Shown in pieces: positions 38,600 to 51,913 of a stretch of 64,000 nt of DNA. The translations under genes and the position numbers were made by a program. Source of the DNA: Fimbriosthenelais zetlandica. Its lineage: Eukaryota. Position 1 is the stretch's first letter. Every line of letters begins with the position of its first letter. The notes below the pieces were generated by a model that ran no database searches, was not told the DNA's origin, and saw only the letters and a program-made list of their open reading frames with translations. The DNA lies in contig OZ365116.1 of assembly GCA_977030845.1 (NCBI GenBank), positions 16,492,001 to 16,556,000 on the forward strand, read 5' to 3'.

Positions 38600-39110
38600 G
38601 TATGTTGCATATTAAGTGCGGTTGTGTGTAAATCAGTGTTTATGTCAGGAGTATCCATCATTGTCGTTGTATACATCAATAACGATAATTTACAGTGCGC
38701 AAAATGGCCATCATCAGGCCAAGCAGACATCGCCGGGCTTTGGAATGGGCACGGGGAACAATCGCTCAAGGGATGAACAAAAAACTGTCCTTCCAAATGC
38801 TCCTTGGTCGAATGGATTCTTTTATCAGGACAATCATTGTTCACCAGGAGCTCGTTCTCTGCTCTTTTCCCGCCTCCATGTTAGTGCCATTTGAAACCAT
38901 TCGTCCTTCCTTCCTGTGCCATTCCCAGCCCACCGACACATCCATTAAAGTCAAGCTTTATAAAAAGTCGCCCATTATTATCATATCAGCTGGCTATTAG
39001 CTCATCTCTACTCATCCTCCACACAGACTCCTAATTAATCCATGTGTGTCAGCTATTGATTCCTGGCCATAATCAGGCCATTAGCTGTAATTAAGAGAGG
39101 ATAAGTATTG
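38600..39110 (+). mobile_element. Tc1/mariner (Tc1/Tc3-like) transposase fossil
   Basis: ORF 38695-39000 RHRRALEWAR...GRMDSF (~H...RL.WA..H...GPDGF), then a decayed WP..SPD-like word (ttcctggcca) at ~39060. Confidence 0.45.
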
Positions 39111-39896
39111 TATAATACACCATTGCAGACACTAATCTACACCTAATTCATCTGATATGGATGGTGGTGGACATCAGCTCATTCGCTGGTTATGTTTTCC
39201 TGACAAGGAGAGATTGTGGGTATCATTCACTCACTTCCCTCTGCTTACCTAGGCACTTTATGTGTCCTTAAATAATGCTATGAGGCCGGGCTCCATTAAT
39301 AAGATATCTAGAATTGGTCTGGACTGCCACTCTATTTTATCACAGTAGTCATCTTATGGGTGACTTTTGTGTGTAGATCCATCAATGAAGCAATCTTAAC
39401 ATGATCAGACTGCTGCCTTTTGACCTCATATGATGTCATCTTGTCTGTATTTATTGAAAAATGTGTGTATAGACGACATTGAATCGCCATGGAAAATTCC
39501 TTCGGCTAGAGACTGCCAGCAGATTCTATTCACTTCCTTCTTCTAGGTTTTCTAGTGAATGTTGGAATATTCTCTGCTGCCTTCTTTCCTCTGTTAATGC
39601 TTTGTTTGATCTTTTGAAACACAAGCCAGAAGATGTGTACTGAAGCCGTATCAAAGACTGCATGGCACACTACATATCTCTGTTCTGTTAATCTGGAGTG
39701 CTTCCAAGATTTCTGAAGGAGGAGGAACTTCATAAATACATGAAAATAGCTTCAGAATTTATGTACATGTAGAGGAATGTACATGACCCTTCTTCTCACT
39801 CACTATTTTGGCCACGTCCCCTTTGTATGTTACGATGCTCATTTTACTGTACTTCTTGTCTTGAAAATGGGCTAAGCTGCTAACCAGAATCTGTCA

Positions 39897-39930
39897 TGAT
39901 CAGAAGATCACTAGTTCAAACCCCAGTCTC
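39897..39930 (+). mobile_element. Possible tRNA-SINE B-box remnant
   Basis: cagaagatcactagttcaaacccc (~AGAAGGTCAC.GGTTCAAACCC); A-box not clear. Confidence 0.3.
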
Positions 39931-40249
39931 TCTGAATCTGTTCACTTTTCACCGCCTCGCGTTGGTTCTATTCATTTTCTGTTGTCTTAGAAATGCATCC
40001 GTTACCAAGAAGCATAAATGGCGAACCCCCCAAAAAAGAAAACCAAAAGTTGTTTTCTGTTAAGCATTTATGAAGCACCATTAAAGCAGGAAATGGCTTG
40101 TATTGTATCTCAGACTTGTGATACAATACCCACCATACAATAGCATGGAGCCTATCTCAGTGGCTCAGGGCTGTGTAGGGTGTGGTATGTTATGATATAG
40201 GAGGAGCCTGGGAGGGTGTCTCTGGTGGGCTGTGGTATGTATATATAGC

Positions 40250-40450
40250 CATAGCTTAAACTATACATCCACTAAATCGTATGCACATAAATATGCCCAA
40301 AACATTTGTAAAATCAGACTATTTTCAAGAGAATTATGGTGATATTTCCTCTGCCTGTAATGGCTCTATCCTTGAAACACGTAAGATGTTTCTGTGGAGA
40401 TCTTGTCTTAATAGATGGCTTACCGGTCTGTTTTGCTCTGGTAAGACCCC
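40250..40450 (-). mobile_element. Penelope-like RT N-terminal fossil
   Basis: CFKDRAITGRGNITIIL (~IIKPADKGGNIVIM). Confidence 0.35.
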
Positions 40451-41099
40451 AGTGGATCTCGAGCATATACCTCGACCCCCTCCTCTTTATTTCCCCTTCT
40501 CTCCTATCTCTCAACCCCAACACTGCCACGCACCAATAGACCATATCCTTGTAGTATAAACCACCATCTTGGATAGCCAGCCACACAGCAGTGCCTCTGG
40601 TGGGCAGGGTGTGAAGCTGACAGCAGTGGGGGCAGTGTTTGGCCAGCCAAGCAGTTCTTGATGTCAGACGTAATGTTGGAGGCGTTCGTTAACCATACTC
40701 AGTGATTGATCTGCGGTAAGGGAGCTAGAGGCCGAGGCCAGACCAAGGGTCCTTACTCAACTGTCACCAGTTGAAAAAAATAACTAACTAGGGGCCTGTT
40801 GAAAAATCTACCAAGAAAGCAACAGAGTTGCTCTACTTTGGGTGATTACAAACAACCCCCGCCTCTCCTCTAGAAAGCTTTTCACTCATGTCAAGAATAT
40901 ATTTCCATTCTAATTAGCTATACCTTTACAAAGGATAGTTTGAAATTCTTTCTGTCAACTTTCCTAGGCCAATTCATATGTCAGAAGCGTGGTATTGTAT
41001 CATTCTTTTTTTCTATTTTCTTCGATCAGAAGGGACTTAGCAAAATACCTAGAGGTTTTTGATTGATCACTGTAAAAAAGTAAGAGGTACAAAAATATA

Positions 41100-41490
41100 G
41101 TAAATTCTCTTGGTGCCAACTTGCAACTTGCCAAGCTGAGCATCGGGGCGGCCCATGTCATGCGCGCATGGTCAAACATTTGTGGTTCCGCTCGTACTCT
41201 TGATATAAGAATGATTTATTACTTTGATTGATATTTCGTGTCAGAGGGGGCTAAGGACATAGCTGAACTACTTCTAGCACATGTATGAAGCTTGTAGATT
41301 CCAGGTGCTCAGGGGAATCCATCCATCTTCTATTATCGCCCGTAGCCTTAATGACAAAACACACACAAAGGCTTGTCCAACTTACAAAGGCTGGCTGCTG
41401 AAAATTGGAAATAGTGTTGACCCAGGTGCAGAAATGAGTTACATTGTTGTTCGTTCAAAGCTTACAATAAGAATGGTCAGAAAGTAGTCT
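41100..41490 (+). mobile_element. Penelope-like RT fossil
   Basis: GANLQLAKLSIG (~GA.FAPSYANLFMG), then LWFR.Y..DI (~LW.RYIDDI). Confidence 0.45.
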
Positions 41491-42049
41491 GGGAAAAAGA
41501 AAAGATCTTCGAAGATTCTGTCTTTGGAGTTTTTAACTTGAGCTCCTAGGCCTCAGAGGATCTAGTTTTGAAGCCTCCCGCCTCTCATAGAAGGATATAT
41601 CCATCCATCCCATCTCTCAGAATCTCCCATTCATTTTTCAAGCCCATAATAAATACCACAGGCCTTTCCCTGCACCTTGGTATCTGTCAAACTGTCAGAT
41701 TTTATGAACTTTCTATACATAACTCCTCCCAGAAGTCTGAGAAAATACTCTCTCCCTTCCCTCATTCCTCCTCTCTTTTCAAATGCCACTTGAAGAGCTT
41801 CGCATTAAATGCATTGATTTATTCACAAAACATTCTCCCGGAATCCATATTCGTCATTCCTCGAGTGGGCCTCTGTTTTCCCTCTTTATGGATCATTCAT
41901 TGAATACACAGAATTTTCGTGATCTTTAGGGAAAATCCACCTTTAAAGGAAGGACCAGTTCGTCAGGCCCGACCGCCGGAACCCATTAATTCCCCCGGTT
42001 GAAAAGAATGCATGGTGAAAGGGACAAAAGGTGGGTGTGGAAGGGTTAA

Positions 42050-42420
42050 CAATTGATCTGTCACTTTTATAATGGCTCTATTATTCTCCATTCCCTGATC
42101 TGGTTAATGCCAACACTCTGGAAACCCTTTTAAGCTTCAGTTCCAGTGGGATCTTAAGAACAGAGAACACAAAATCCACCAACCAGCTTACTTATGGTAC
42201 TGGCTTATCTGGTCCTCACTAGATTTTCCTATATATAAGACTTGGATAACTGTAAACCAGTGATGGGATGTCATATTGGGTATGCCTCTAAGACGGCAGC
42301 AGATCTGCGGTTTTAGGCAGCAGTCCTGTACACCTGTCGGTAACATTGTGTTACAAGGCAGTTCCCTTATCTCCACATCCCCAATTCTGCAATGCCCTTT
42401 CACATCAGGAAAAAACATGA
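42050..42420 (-). mobile_element. Penelope-like GIY-YIG fossil
   Basis: ORF 42188-42418 KGHCRIG...VLYIGKSSEDQISQYH (~G..CG.C...LYIGKT.R...RI.EH). Confidence 0.4.
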
Positions 42421-43349
42421 TTGATTGACCAGCTGAGTAATGCCCAATCAGGGCCAGTGAACAGAATCAACCCACTACCCAGACCTGATAAAATACTGCC
42501 CGCTTTTCACAGCTTTAATTGAATTCTTAAGTGAAAATGGCCTGGGATTGCCAGGTTTTTATCGAGGTTATCTCAAAATGTGGGCTACCAAGGGATTTAA
42601 ACACTCACCACAACCATGGTGGTATAAAAGTTATTAATATTACAAAAAAAAATAATGCAATAAGCAGCGAAGAAATAACGGAAATATTAAAATAAAATGA
42701 CAATAGAAAGTAGAACATATCCTCAGTCAACCAGAAGCAACGTTTTTGTCAGTGATCTTTTCCACAGCCAAGACTTGCTCAAAGAAGACCATTTACTCAA
42801 ACCCATAAGGTAGACTGTCTTCAGACCAGACTAAAGGTCGTTGATTGCCTTAACACTGCTTGCAAATAGCAATAAGCCTGGACTTAAAGGGCCATCAGCT
42901 GACCAACCCAGAATATAAATGACTTCTGCCTTATACACTCCCACCCTGACCATGCAGCTCGTGTTCCAAGGCCTGGTTTAAAAACCCTGTCCCTTACTTT
43001 CTGAACCCCAGTTGGCAATAATTCCCTTGGAGGAATACATTTCAGTAGCTGACTTAAACCAGACGCCAATAATAGAGAATAAAGCATGGCTTGACATGAG
43101 GATTCCTCAGCCTACGTGTTTAAATATATGGTTTCAAGGCCGAAGTCCGACAAATACTAAATCCCATAGGGCTTGAGCTTTGAATTATTAGTTGGGGTCT
43201 TACAATTATAATTCCCTTTCACTATAATATCTTCCTGTTGTATTGTTCCAATGCACCAGTATAGGAAAACATAGATGTCTTGACATTTTGTATATTTCCA
43301 TGGTGATAGGAATTTAATGTCTTATTGTAGGAGTTGTGAAAACACCACA

Positions 43350-43505
43350 ACATACGCTCACCCACTTCCTCTCTACTTGTTCTCTTTCATCTCTTTGTCC
43401 TCTTGTCTCTTTCCCACTTAATACCCATCTTCTCATTCCTTCCTCATCTCTTCTCTGCTCTCTTCTATTCAGTTTTCATTCTCCACCTCTCCTTCCTAGT
43501 TCACT
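43350..43505 (+). repeat. Pyrimidine-rich low-complexity tract
   Basis: C/T-dominated run (cttcctctctacttgttctctttcatctctttgtcctc...). Confidence 0.6.
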
Positions 43506-44479
43506 GTTATATTATCCTGCTTGCGTGAAATCTAACCTGTCAAGGCCCATTTTCATCAAACAAGATCAAACACCAACCTAAACTTGATTCCCTTGTTCAT
43601 ACAGGCCTCTGTATTAAAATTTCTCACGTTACGTTCATTGACGTTGAAGATAACAACATTAAAGACAAGGTAACTTGACATACCTTAAATTATAGAGGCC
43701 TGTTTCACAATCAAAGGACATCAATTAATACGGGCCAGAGTAACCGCTGCTTACACTACATATGAAATATTACTGTATTAATTAATTGCAATAAAGCGCA
43801 CAGATGTTACACGCTGAAAAATGGATCTAGACACCCTAACAACCAGCAGGTGTGGGCCAGTTAAGGTCTTGATCTACTGTGAATAGTTTCAATCAGAAGA
43901 TCACATTTCTCGCAAGAGTACGGTTCCACCATCTGCCTATCACCCAAACTCATTGTATGCACTTGTATGACCTACACGTTTACTGTCTTTAGGTGTAACT
44001 ATATTTAGAAAGAGCAATCATCTGTGAGGTGTAAAATATGAAGAGTGGAGTTTGACTTTAAGAGTAGGAGCAGCATGACAGATGATAGTAAGACACGTCG
44101 CGTCACAACCCCTCCCTTACACCTACTTTATCATCATGGTTTTTGCATTATCTCATCTTGTAAATAGACTTAATAATATGAGAGTGGTACCAGATGTGTC
44201 CAGGCCTCTCTCCTAATGTTCCGGCTCTACACACTATTTTTCTCACATTTATTCTTATAAATTTACTAAATGAAATATTAGGCTTGCTGCCAGTGTGAGC
44301 ACGAAGAGTAGGGTCTACCTTCCAGCTCCGAAAATAGAGCGTATAATAAATGCTGAATTTTACTCAGGCGCCTTCCCCAATTAATTTCGGTATTGAACTA
44401 TATGATGATTTACTCCCAAGTTTGCTATCATAATCTCGCCTGGAATATTTCAGCAACTTTGAGGGCTTTAAATCACAAT

Positions 44480-44720
44480 ATCCAGTAAGGCAGTTAACCT
44501 GATTTTGGACGTAGAATGACGTCTCGTTACTAAATCATGTACCTTTTCAGCAGCGGATCGCCTCCGCCTTTCATTGTCAACGCTAACTGCTTTTCCCAAG
44601 CCACCATAACACTTCCTTCTCCCAGTCAATCGATTTTCTACTTTTTTCCTGGCAAAGCATTCATTTTCAGATCATAATTTTGCATTAGCAGTCCTAATAC
44701 CTTATTTGTGTACGTGCACT
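44480..44720 (-). mobile_element. PIF/Harbinger Myb/SANT-like protein fossil
   Basis: AWEK (frameshift) AVSVDNERRRRSAAEKVHDLVTR (~AW..IA..VNA...R.R...KK.W.DL). Confidence 0.55.
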
Positions 44721-45199
44721 GCGGTTAATCATTTGTGTTAATCATCCTGTAGCCGACTTAACCAGTGCCCTGATAGGATTAACGCTTAAAATGCCTTTCA
44801 TTTCAACCGTTGGAAAACCAAGTGTCATACTCCTTAAGTTGTGGGACTAAATCCAATAAAACGAAATGCAAATTGATTTATTTACTGGGAAATGGATCGT
44901 TTTACAAAGATATTAAGGGAGATTTTGAGGAAAACAAGATGGCAACACAAGTCCCTGGAGAACCAAGTGGGGGAGGCTTTCTTCAGGGAAAAGCAGATCC
45001 ACTTGAATATTATCGGTTATTTGTTCTGAGGGCAATTAAACTCTGTTTGTTTTAAAGAAATATTGAGCTTGGTGAAATTCAGAATTATGAAGATTAACTT
45101 TTCAATCTGCATGATGTATTTGTCATCATGTAATGTGTTGCATGTCTGTGGGATTTAAATGCTTGAGGATTTAAAATGAGGCCGTTATAATGTCTATAT

Positions 45200-45800
45200 G
45201 GTATACTGCACGGAATTGATAGTACATAGGGCAGGCTGTGCTGAGAATGAACTGTGAGCAACTGTAATACTAGACACTGGACATATGGAGGGAGATCTTA
45301 CCAATGGATCCCGGCCTTATGCATAGCAATGATGTGATAACATTTCCTTTAACTACTCGTTGAGTACCAACTTTTCTGACCCCCTGGGGACCCATGCCAA
45401 AAGTTGTTTATTTACTCAATGTACCCATTCGCCCTTCATGCTCGTTTGTCGACCCCCATAATGTTCAGCACCGACGCATTACGAATCAGCGAATAGCAGG
45501 TTAATAGCTCGCGAAGACACAAAGACACGGGGTAAGGCAACACGATTATCCACAAATGTCGGCCTTGATATTGGTCGGCCATTGATGTCGTACTTGGCGC
45601 ATGTGTATTGAATGCTAAAGCTGGGTACTGCAGAGTAGATCAAAGCTATGGGAGGCGGGATGGCCATTGTGTTGACAGTTTTGTCTCTGCCGTCTCTTTT
45701 GGATGAGTCTCCGTCTCAGCCGTCTCCTTCTCCATTCAGCCAGTGATATGTAAGGTGTGTATGGTAACACCACTGTTCCTTCCTGGAGACCTACTCCACT
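45200..45800 (-). mobile_element. PIF/Harbinger (DDE_Tnp_4-type) transposase fossil
   Basis: In order: RRRRLRRR; SFDLLC (~TFD.LC); PIS..VDNRVAL...AINLLF (~PI.VEKRVA.A...ISHLFG); W.G.PQ...GTH (~WGFPQC.GAIDGTH). Confidence 0.55.
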
Positions 45801-46729
45801 CATTCATTCAGTGATTGATTGTTGTACGCCAGTAACACTGAATGCTTCCACTCACCGCCTCTTGAATGTCCACCGAGTGCATTCCTCAATACTTCATTTA
45901 ACTTCCTGGCTACAATAATTGATCCCGCATAGTCGAACTAGGAACTGGCCGAAGCAAATGGCCTTATTGCTCATTAAAATTTAAATCTAGATAAATTTGT
46001 GTGTTGCATTTCCTGCCAGGCCTGTGCAATGTGTTCCCTCCATAATGCATGGGTTTGAACAGACTCAATGGGTGTTTTGTTCGATCAAAAGACAAGTTCA
46101 TTGAACCGATACCCATTGTTTCCCAGTTCTGAAGCTTCCTACTTTGAAACTCATGATTTATTTGTCTGTTGCTGCTTTCAAAGCTCGGAAAAAATTATTG
46201 AAAATATTTCATTCCTTTCACTCATGGTGTCATGGTTAGGCATTTTACAATCACAATCTTCTAAAGCCATCTCACATGTAATGATGAATAGGTTGCTCCT
46301 ATAAGCAATTAAAAGCATTTCTTGTTGGTTATTATGGCAGCCTAATTGAATGATTCATGGGCCTTCGTCATGAATGACCTAATTAAAAGGGAAAACGGAT
46401 GTGAAAAAAGAAGCCTACACGGCTGTTGCTTTAACACTAGGTCATTTTTTGTCAGAACCTAGATTCCGAATCCAAAGTACAATCAACTTAAAATAATTTT
46501 TATCTGAAATTAGGTCTGTTTCATGAATCTTTGTCACGACATTGTCTCGGTGCCCTATTCTCATTTAAAAGGGCTTAGTAGATCTGGGTCTTCTTAAACC
46601 CACGATTGTTGGCTAGCTTCCAACCCGACTTTTTGGCACAATTTTTTCATCCAAATCCCTCATACGTCATAGACAAACCCGTGCCGAACAATAGACCCCT
46701 CAGGGTCAGGGCCATGTGGTCTGGTGGCA

Positions 46730-46830
46730 TACTATTTGATTGCTTAATGATGAATTTCTCCCTTGCCGCAGTCATGAGCACCGCCTCTCACACCCTCCAG
46801 GCCTTCCCAGTGTCAAATTTTTACCCCAAG
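46730..46830 (-). mobile_element. Penelope-like RT N-terminal fossil
   Basis: KNLTLG...EKFIIKQS (~NLT..E..AL..L...IIIK.DKG). Confidence 0.3.
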
Positions 46831-47606
46831 TGTTGGCAGACATTTTTGCCCAGCTTTTCAAGAAGTCTCGAAGTCAAGACTTGACACCCTCTTAAAGGCC
46901 ACGCGACGGCTCCTTCACACTTCCTCGGTTGACAAGTTGACAATCGATTCTGGCAACACACCAGATGAGCCCAGTCTCGCAGGGTGTTAGGTGCCCGGAT
47001 GCAAAATTCAACAGGAGGCAAAGAAAATCACAGCAATTCAGTGGCAAGTTAGAGGCTGGAGGGAATGATTGAAAACCCTGTGTCCTGCAGGCCGCTGGCA
47101 TGAAATGACTTGACTGCAGTTTGGGAGATTGTAATATGTCTTTGGCACATGCAATATCTTAATTCTCCACCCTCCTCCTACTGGAATGCCTCGGGTATTA
47201 TATAATGTGTGGATAGAATAATTCAGTCTACAGCAAGAAGGCCTGCATCCATTGATGGGAGGTTCATAGAACTTCTCTGTTCACTAAGACAAGTCTGTTA
47301 AGACACCCTCCACATGTCCCTGCCTGTAAGGAGATTTTGACGGTTGTAGACCTATAGCTATGGCATCTTGAAGACTGCAGAATATGCAGATTGAGCTAAA
47401 TATGCAACCAAAGTCTTGTTCTTTATTTGTGGTGGCTTCATTGTGTTTGCAGTGTCTGTTTTCAGCAAATATCCCTTGTGTGGGCCTACATAGCTATACA
47501 GTGAAGCCAGTATTCCCAAATGGAAGCGGCCTAATAGCCAGGTGCTTGTTCCTGTGCATGCTTATTATTGAATGAGCAGGATATTGTTATTTCTCATCCG
47601 ACTTCA

Positions 47607-47975
47607 TCAGTCATCATCCGTTCTTCTTTCAACACAAAAAGAAACCGTGCTCCAATTCTGAGCAAAGCCCGAGAAAGAAGTCTTTCCATTTCCATCAAGA
47701 ACAAAACCGTGTAAATAATGAAGATAATGGACCTTTTCGGAATGGTTGGTACTTCTCACTTCCGATTCATTCCCTTCTACGCATTTATGCACTGTCTGTA
47801 ATAAAGGGGTAGGAGTAACGATGATTTGGGTTTGATGATGTTGATAATGAAATAATAGTCCTTTCTGCATATTGCTGTGCGCTAAAATACTGTCATTGTG
47901 AATAAGTGTGAATTTGGCTATAGATGGAATGAGGTCATTTGGGGATAAGACTCTTAATGCAGTACTTTGGGTCAA
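47607..47975 (-). mobile_element. Penelope-like RT fossil
   Basis: LRVLSPN...QKGLL...VTPTPLLQTVHK...EKVHYLH..GFV (~Y..L..NP...G.I...P.TP.FY.LPK.HK...S.Y.D..L.PFV). Confidence 0.45.
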
Positions 47976-49199
47976 GCAGAGTTTACATTACTGTAGTGTC
48001 ATCTCTCTGGTTTAACCCAGCGTATGTGTGAACATTTTCTCATATTCCTCACATTATTAATGCCATATTTCTTTAAAGAAGTGGCTTAATGGAACTGCCC
48101 TAATGACTGCATCTATAAGATAATTTTGCTTGGACCTTGTGATCCAATCTCATCAGTCTTAGTGGGTTAAGACAACTTGGAGCTGTGACCTGTCTTAGGC
48201 CTATACGATAGTAAGACCAGCTCAGTTAGACATGATAGGAATGGATGGAGTCTGTGTGAGTATGTAGATAATCTTCTTGCTCGTGGATTAGCTGGTGGTG
48301 TGGGTTGGAGTGGGTGGAGAGAAGGGTTGTGGAGTGAGTTGGTGAAGCCAGATTGCCACTCCGGGCGGGTGATACACCGTATTCCCAGCTGCGAGCCACG
48401 TATTTACAATGGCCTTCTGTCATCACAATGCAAGCCCTTAGACAAGTTCCAGTTATATTTGGACAAGCCTTAGTGGAACTCCTCCAATCTCTGCTTCTGG
48501 TAGGGAATCTCTCTTCTCTCTCTTCACTCCGAGCTGTGGGAGGAGACAGGGAACTGCCAGGAGGAACTAAGGCCAAGAACCTTATTTATAGTGTCAATGA
48601 CACGGCCTTGGAAATATTTCGGTTCAACTGTTTAGTCTCTGATGCAATTTCAGTATTTACGTAATGTCATAGATGACCTAGGTGGGTTAACGTCTAAATC
48701 AGCACATTACTGTAGTGTTTGGTTTCATCTTGTTTGGTAGACAAGAAACAAATGTTTTTTTTCTTTTTTATCCGGAGCACCCAAAAAGGAATATCTGGTG
48801 GGCAGCCTTTAACTGCCATGGCGCCAGAAGGCCAGAACGCCCGATGAAATGCACAGGAAGTTGACTGCCTTCAGATTTATTATATGCTAGCCTTACTTAA
48901 ATATCCATATTTAAAAAAAGTATGCCGACTATATCTTGATTTGAATTTCATTTATTTTTTTTGGTGCAATTTCCTTTCTGTGAAGTTTCAAAAGTTTTCA
49001 AATTAAGCGTTGGACAATTAATATGAAAATGTTTTCATGTGGAACTAAAAATGTCCTTCATTTCACGTTTCTCTTTTTATATTCTTATTTCCCTTTGTTA
49101 ATGATTTTCTTTCAGCGAATTATAGTAAAGTAAGTCCCCATTTTCAAGATAAAGAAATTTGCCATTCAGTGATGCAGTCTAGAGTTGTCATAAAATGTA

Positions 49200-49441
49200 A
49201 GATCTGAAAGTGGTACAAAAGCGCACAGGGCGCGATATATTGGATTTTCTTCGTGTCAAAGGGGCAATACATCATCAGATGGGGAAGGCAGGGCAATAGA
49301 ATGTTCCAGAAGCAATATATTCCTTGTATAATGAAAGCCAGCAATGGCAATATAACAGACAGGGAATTCCTCAACCTTGTCCCTCATATAAAAACTTGCC
49401 CTGCCATCTCAACCCACATAATTAACCCTTTAGCAATTTAA
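49200..49441 (+). mobile_element. Penelope-like RT N-terminal fossil
   Basis: VVQKRTGRDILD (~IVIK.ADKGG.IVI.D), then GNITDREFLNLVP (~GIIT..E..FL...P). Confidence 0.45.
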
Positions 49442-51229
49442 GGGAATCTAACATTCTTATCGGTGGAACATCAGGCTTTCATGAGAAATTGTCAGCTTTT
49501 CAGTTAATTATCATGTTAGTTCCTTGACATTTCCCATACGTTCACCATTCTCATCTACATTTTAGTTGGAATGGGAGCTAAGAAGTTGACTCTATTGTTG
49601 TGAAGTCTGCATTGAAAGTTCAACCATTCAGTCTATTTGCATACAAAGTACCGCGACAGATTGTCCTTGTAAACGTCAACAAAAATAAGTCTGCATTCTT
49701 GTAAAATCACTCCAGACTAAAGTGGCGTTTACTTGTTCGGTAATTTCTTTCTTATTACGCTATACGTGTTTCTCAGGGAAATAGCTATAATCTTCCTGTA
49801 AGATGTCTGTTATATAGCACGTATTTCTAGTGTACATGCAATCATCAGTTAAGCCCATAACTTGTCAGTCATTTCAGCTATAAAGTGGTATTATATACCT
49901 AGTGATTGGCTAAACCCAATACCGTCTTAGATCGCCTTCAAGAGATCATAAAAAGACTACTTTTTAGATAATGTCTTAGGGTGCTAATTTATCATCTACC
50001 CAGTGAGTCCCATTAATATACATGAAACAGAAATAGGAAATATGATTGGAAATCCTGATCTAGCTTATATTGTGTGAGGACTTGAGTGTGTAGTTGCTTA
50101 TTAGTGGTGGGTATATATGGTGAGAGATGGAGAGAATGGACATGTGATGGGTCTACTCGTCTCCTCCACCACATGTTACCATGGTAATCATGGCCTCCAG
50201 GCATGACTAGAAAGATTAACATGTTCAGACTTGACACTCTAGCTTACTACTCCTAATGTTGGACCTTCACCTGGACCTCCACCTCCCTGCTCCTCCTTCT
50301 TCACTATGAACATTGACTAGCCTGTGTTAAAAAACACCTCCATAATTCATGTATGGCAGCCATCATTTCCGCATCTCCCCAGGATCACACCCCCATCCAT
50401 GATCCTATAATTAATTGAACCAATCCTGTCCCATCCCTCCCACCGCCCCACCCTCCATTCTCAAATCGTCCTACATCGTGTCACCAAGAGAAAGGTTAGA
50501 CACCAATCCTTGAGTCTGAGATGGACCGCAGCCAAAAACCCCAGGCACGAGATCTCTCCATTTATCATGATCTATTCGCCGGATAATCGCTGTGCAATGC
50601 CAAGGTTATCGTCGCTGCAATCGCCTTCCAACTCATTGCCATGTTTTTACTGGGGAAACTAGTGCTGGACTCCCTCAACCTCTCCAGTCGAGTCCTCCAT
50701 CATCTTATTTTGTGGGGTCATTAATTAGGTTGATTTATTACCCATTTAACAGGTCTAAATAATTGTTTGACAAGTTTTATGGGATAATTAATTATAGTGT
50801 TTGGATAATGAATCAGATTTGGGAAGTGTTTTTGATGTCTGGAGTTAAAAAAGTGTTGATTTATAATGGCCTGGGAATGATAGATGGCGATATGCTAACT
50901 GTTTGCTACTCTTTCTGTCAAGTCAAATAATTCCGACACTTATTGCTCTAAATGTGGACTTTTGTTATATTAAGCAAAATAGCTTTAATCTGTTGGGCAA
51001 CAGCAGGGAAGCGGGCTAAACATGACTGTTGATTTTGATGCGATAAAGCAACATGTTACACCCAAGGCCTGGTTCAGGCTGTCAGCTTCAATCTGAGGGG
51101 GGAAATATCTCTACACTATATCAGATTTGGAGATAATTGATATTCACATGGGATGGGGATAATACCGTCTTGTGTGGCCCCTCGTTTAGTGGCCATTTTT
51201 GAAATCTCCCATTGTTAATATGCCATATT

Positions 51230-51400
51230 TACACTAAGACCTCGGGCCATTTTCACTTTAATGTCTTGATCTACGATCAATTTAACACTAGCTTAATGAG
51301 ACAATTGAATCGTTTATCGGGCAAGCTGCGAGAAAAAGGCTGCACCTTATCATGTTTAATTCACAGCCAAATATTGGTGATCAGAGCATTAATTCTAATT
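51230..51400 (+). mobile_element. Penelope-like RT-thumb fossil
   Basis: DQFN...LNRLSGKLREKGC...LIHS (~F.....L..RF.ERGY...L..A). Confidence 0.45.
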
Positions 51401-51846
51401 ATCGACACACTTCCCCTGGCAGTTAAAACAAACAATGGCAATGATATCGCTGGGTAGAGGTTGTAGATTCCTAATCCCCACATAAAGATGCCAAGTCCCG
51501 CGATAAGGTGCGAGAGCTGGCAGCAGGCTGTCAGCTTGTAGGGGCGAAATATTTGCACAGTCTTGCATCCAAACGATTTCAGGAATCCACACCTTTCTGA
51601 TATCTTCTCACTTCTTCTTGACTTCCTGAATATCCTAGTACATCTTTTTCATTCTCCTTCCTTTGGTTACTGGAGAAATTTCTCATCTATTCTATCTTAG
51701 GTGTATGTCAGCTACTAGACATAGACATACATAGCCATGATATGCTGAAGAAGAAATTTAGCAGTGCATCTGTGCATCAGATTTTCAGAAGAAATATGCA
51801 GCATAACCTTGGAGGCAATGAAATGACAGCTGTCTTGGACAGCGTA

Positions 51847-51913
51847 GGGTTTGAACCTCTCACCTTCCTGGGAGACCACTGAATGAGCTGATGTTCTAAC
51901 CAAGTGGGCCAGG
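51847..51913 (-). mobile_element. tRNA-derived SINE head (decayed)
   Basis: Minus strand TGGCCCACTTGGTTAGAAC...GAGAGGTTCAAACCC. Confidence 0.55.
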
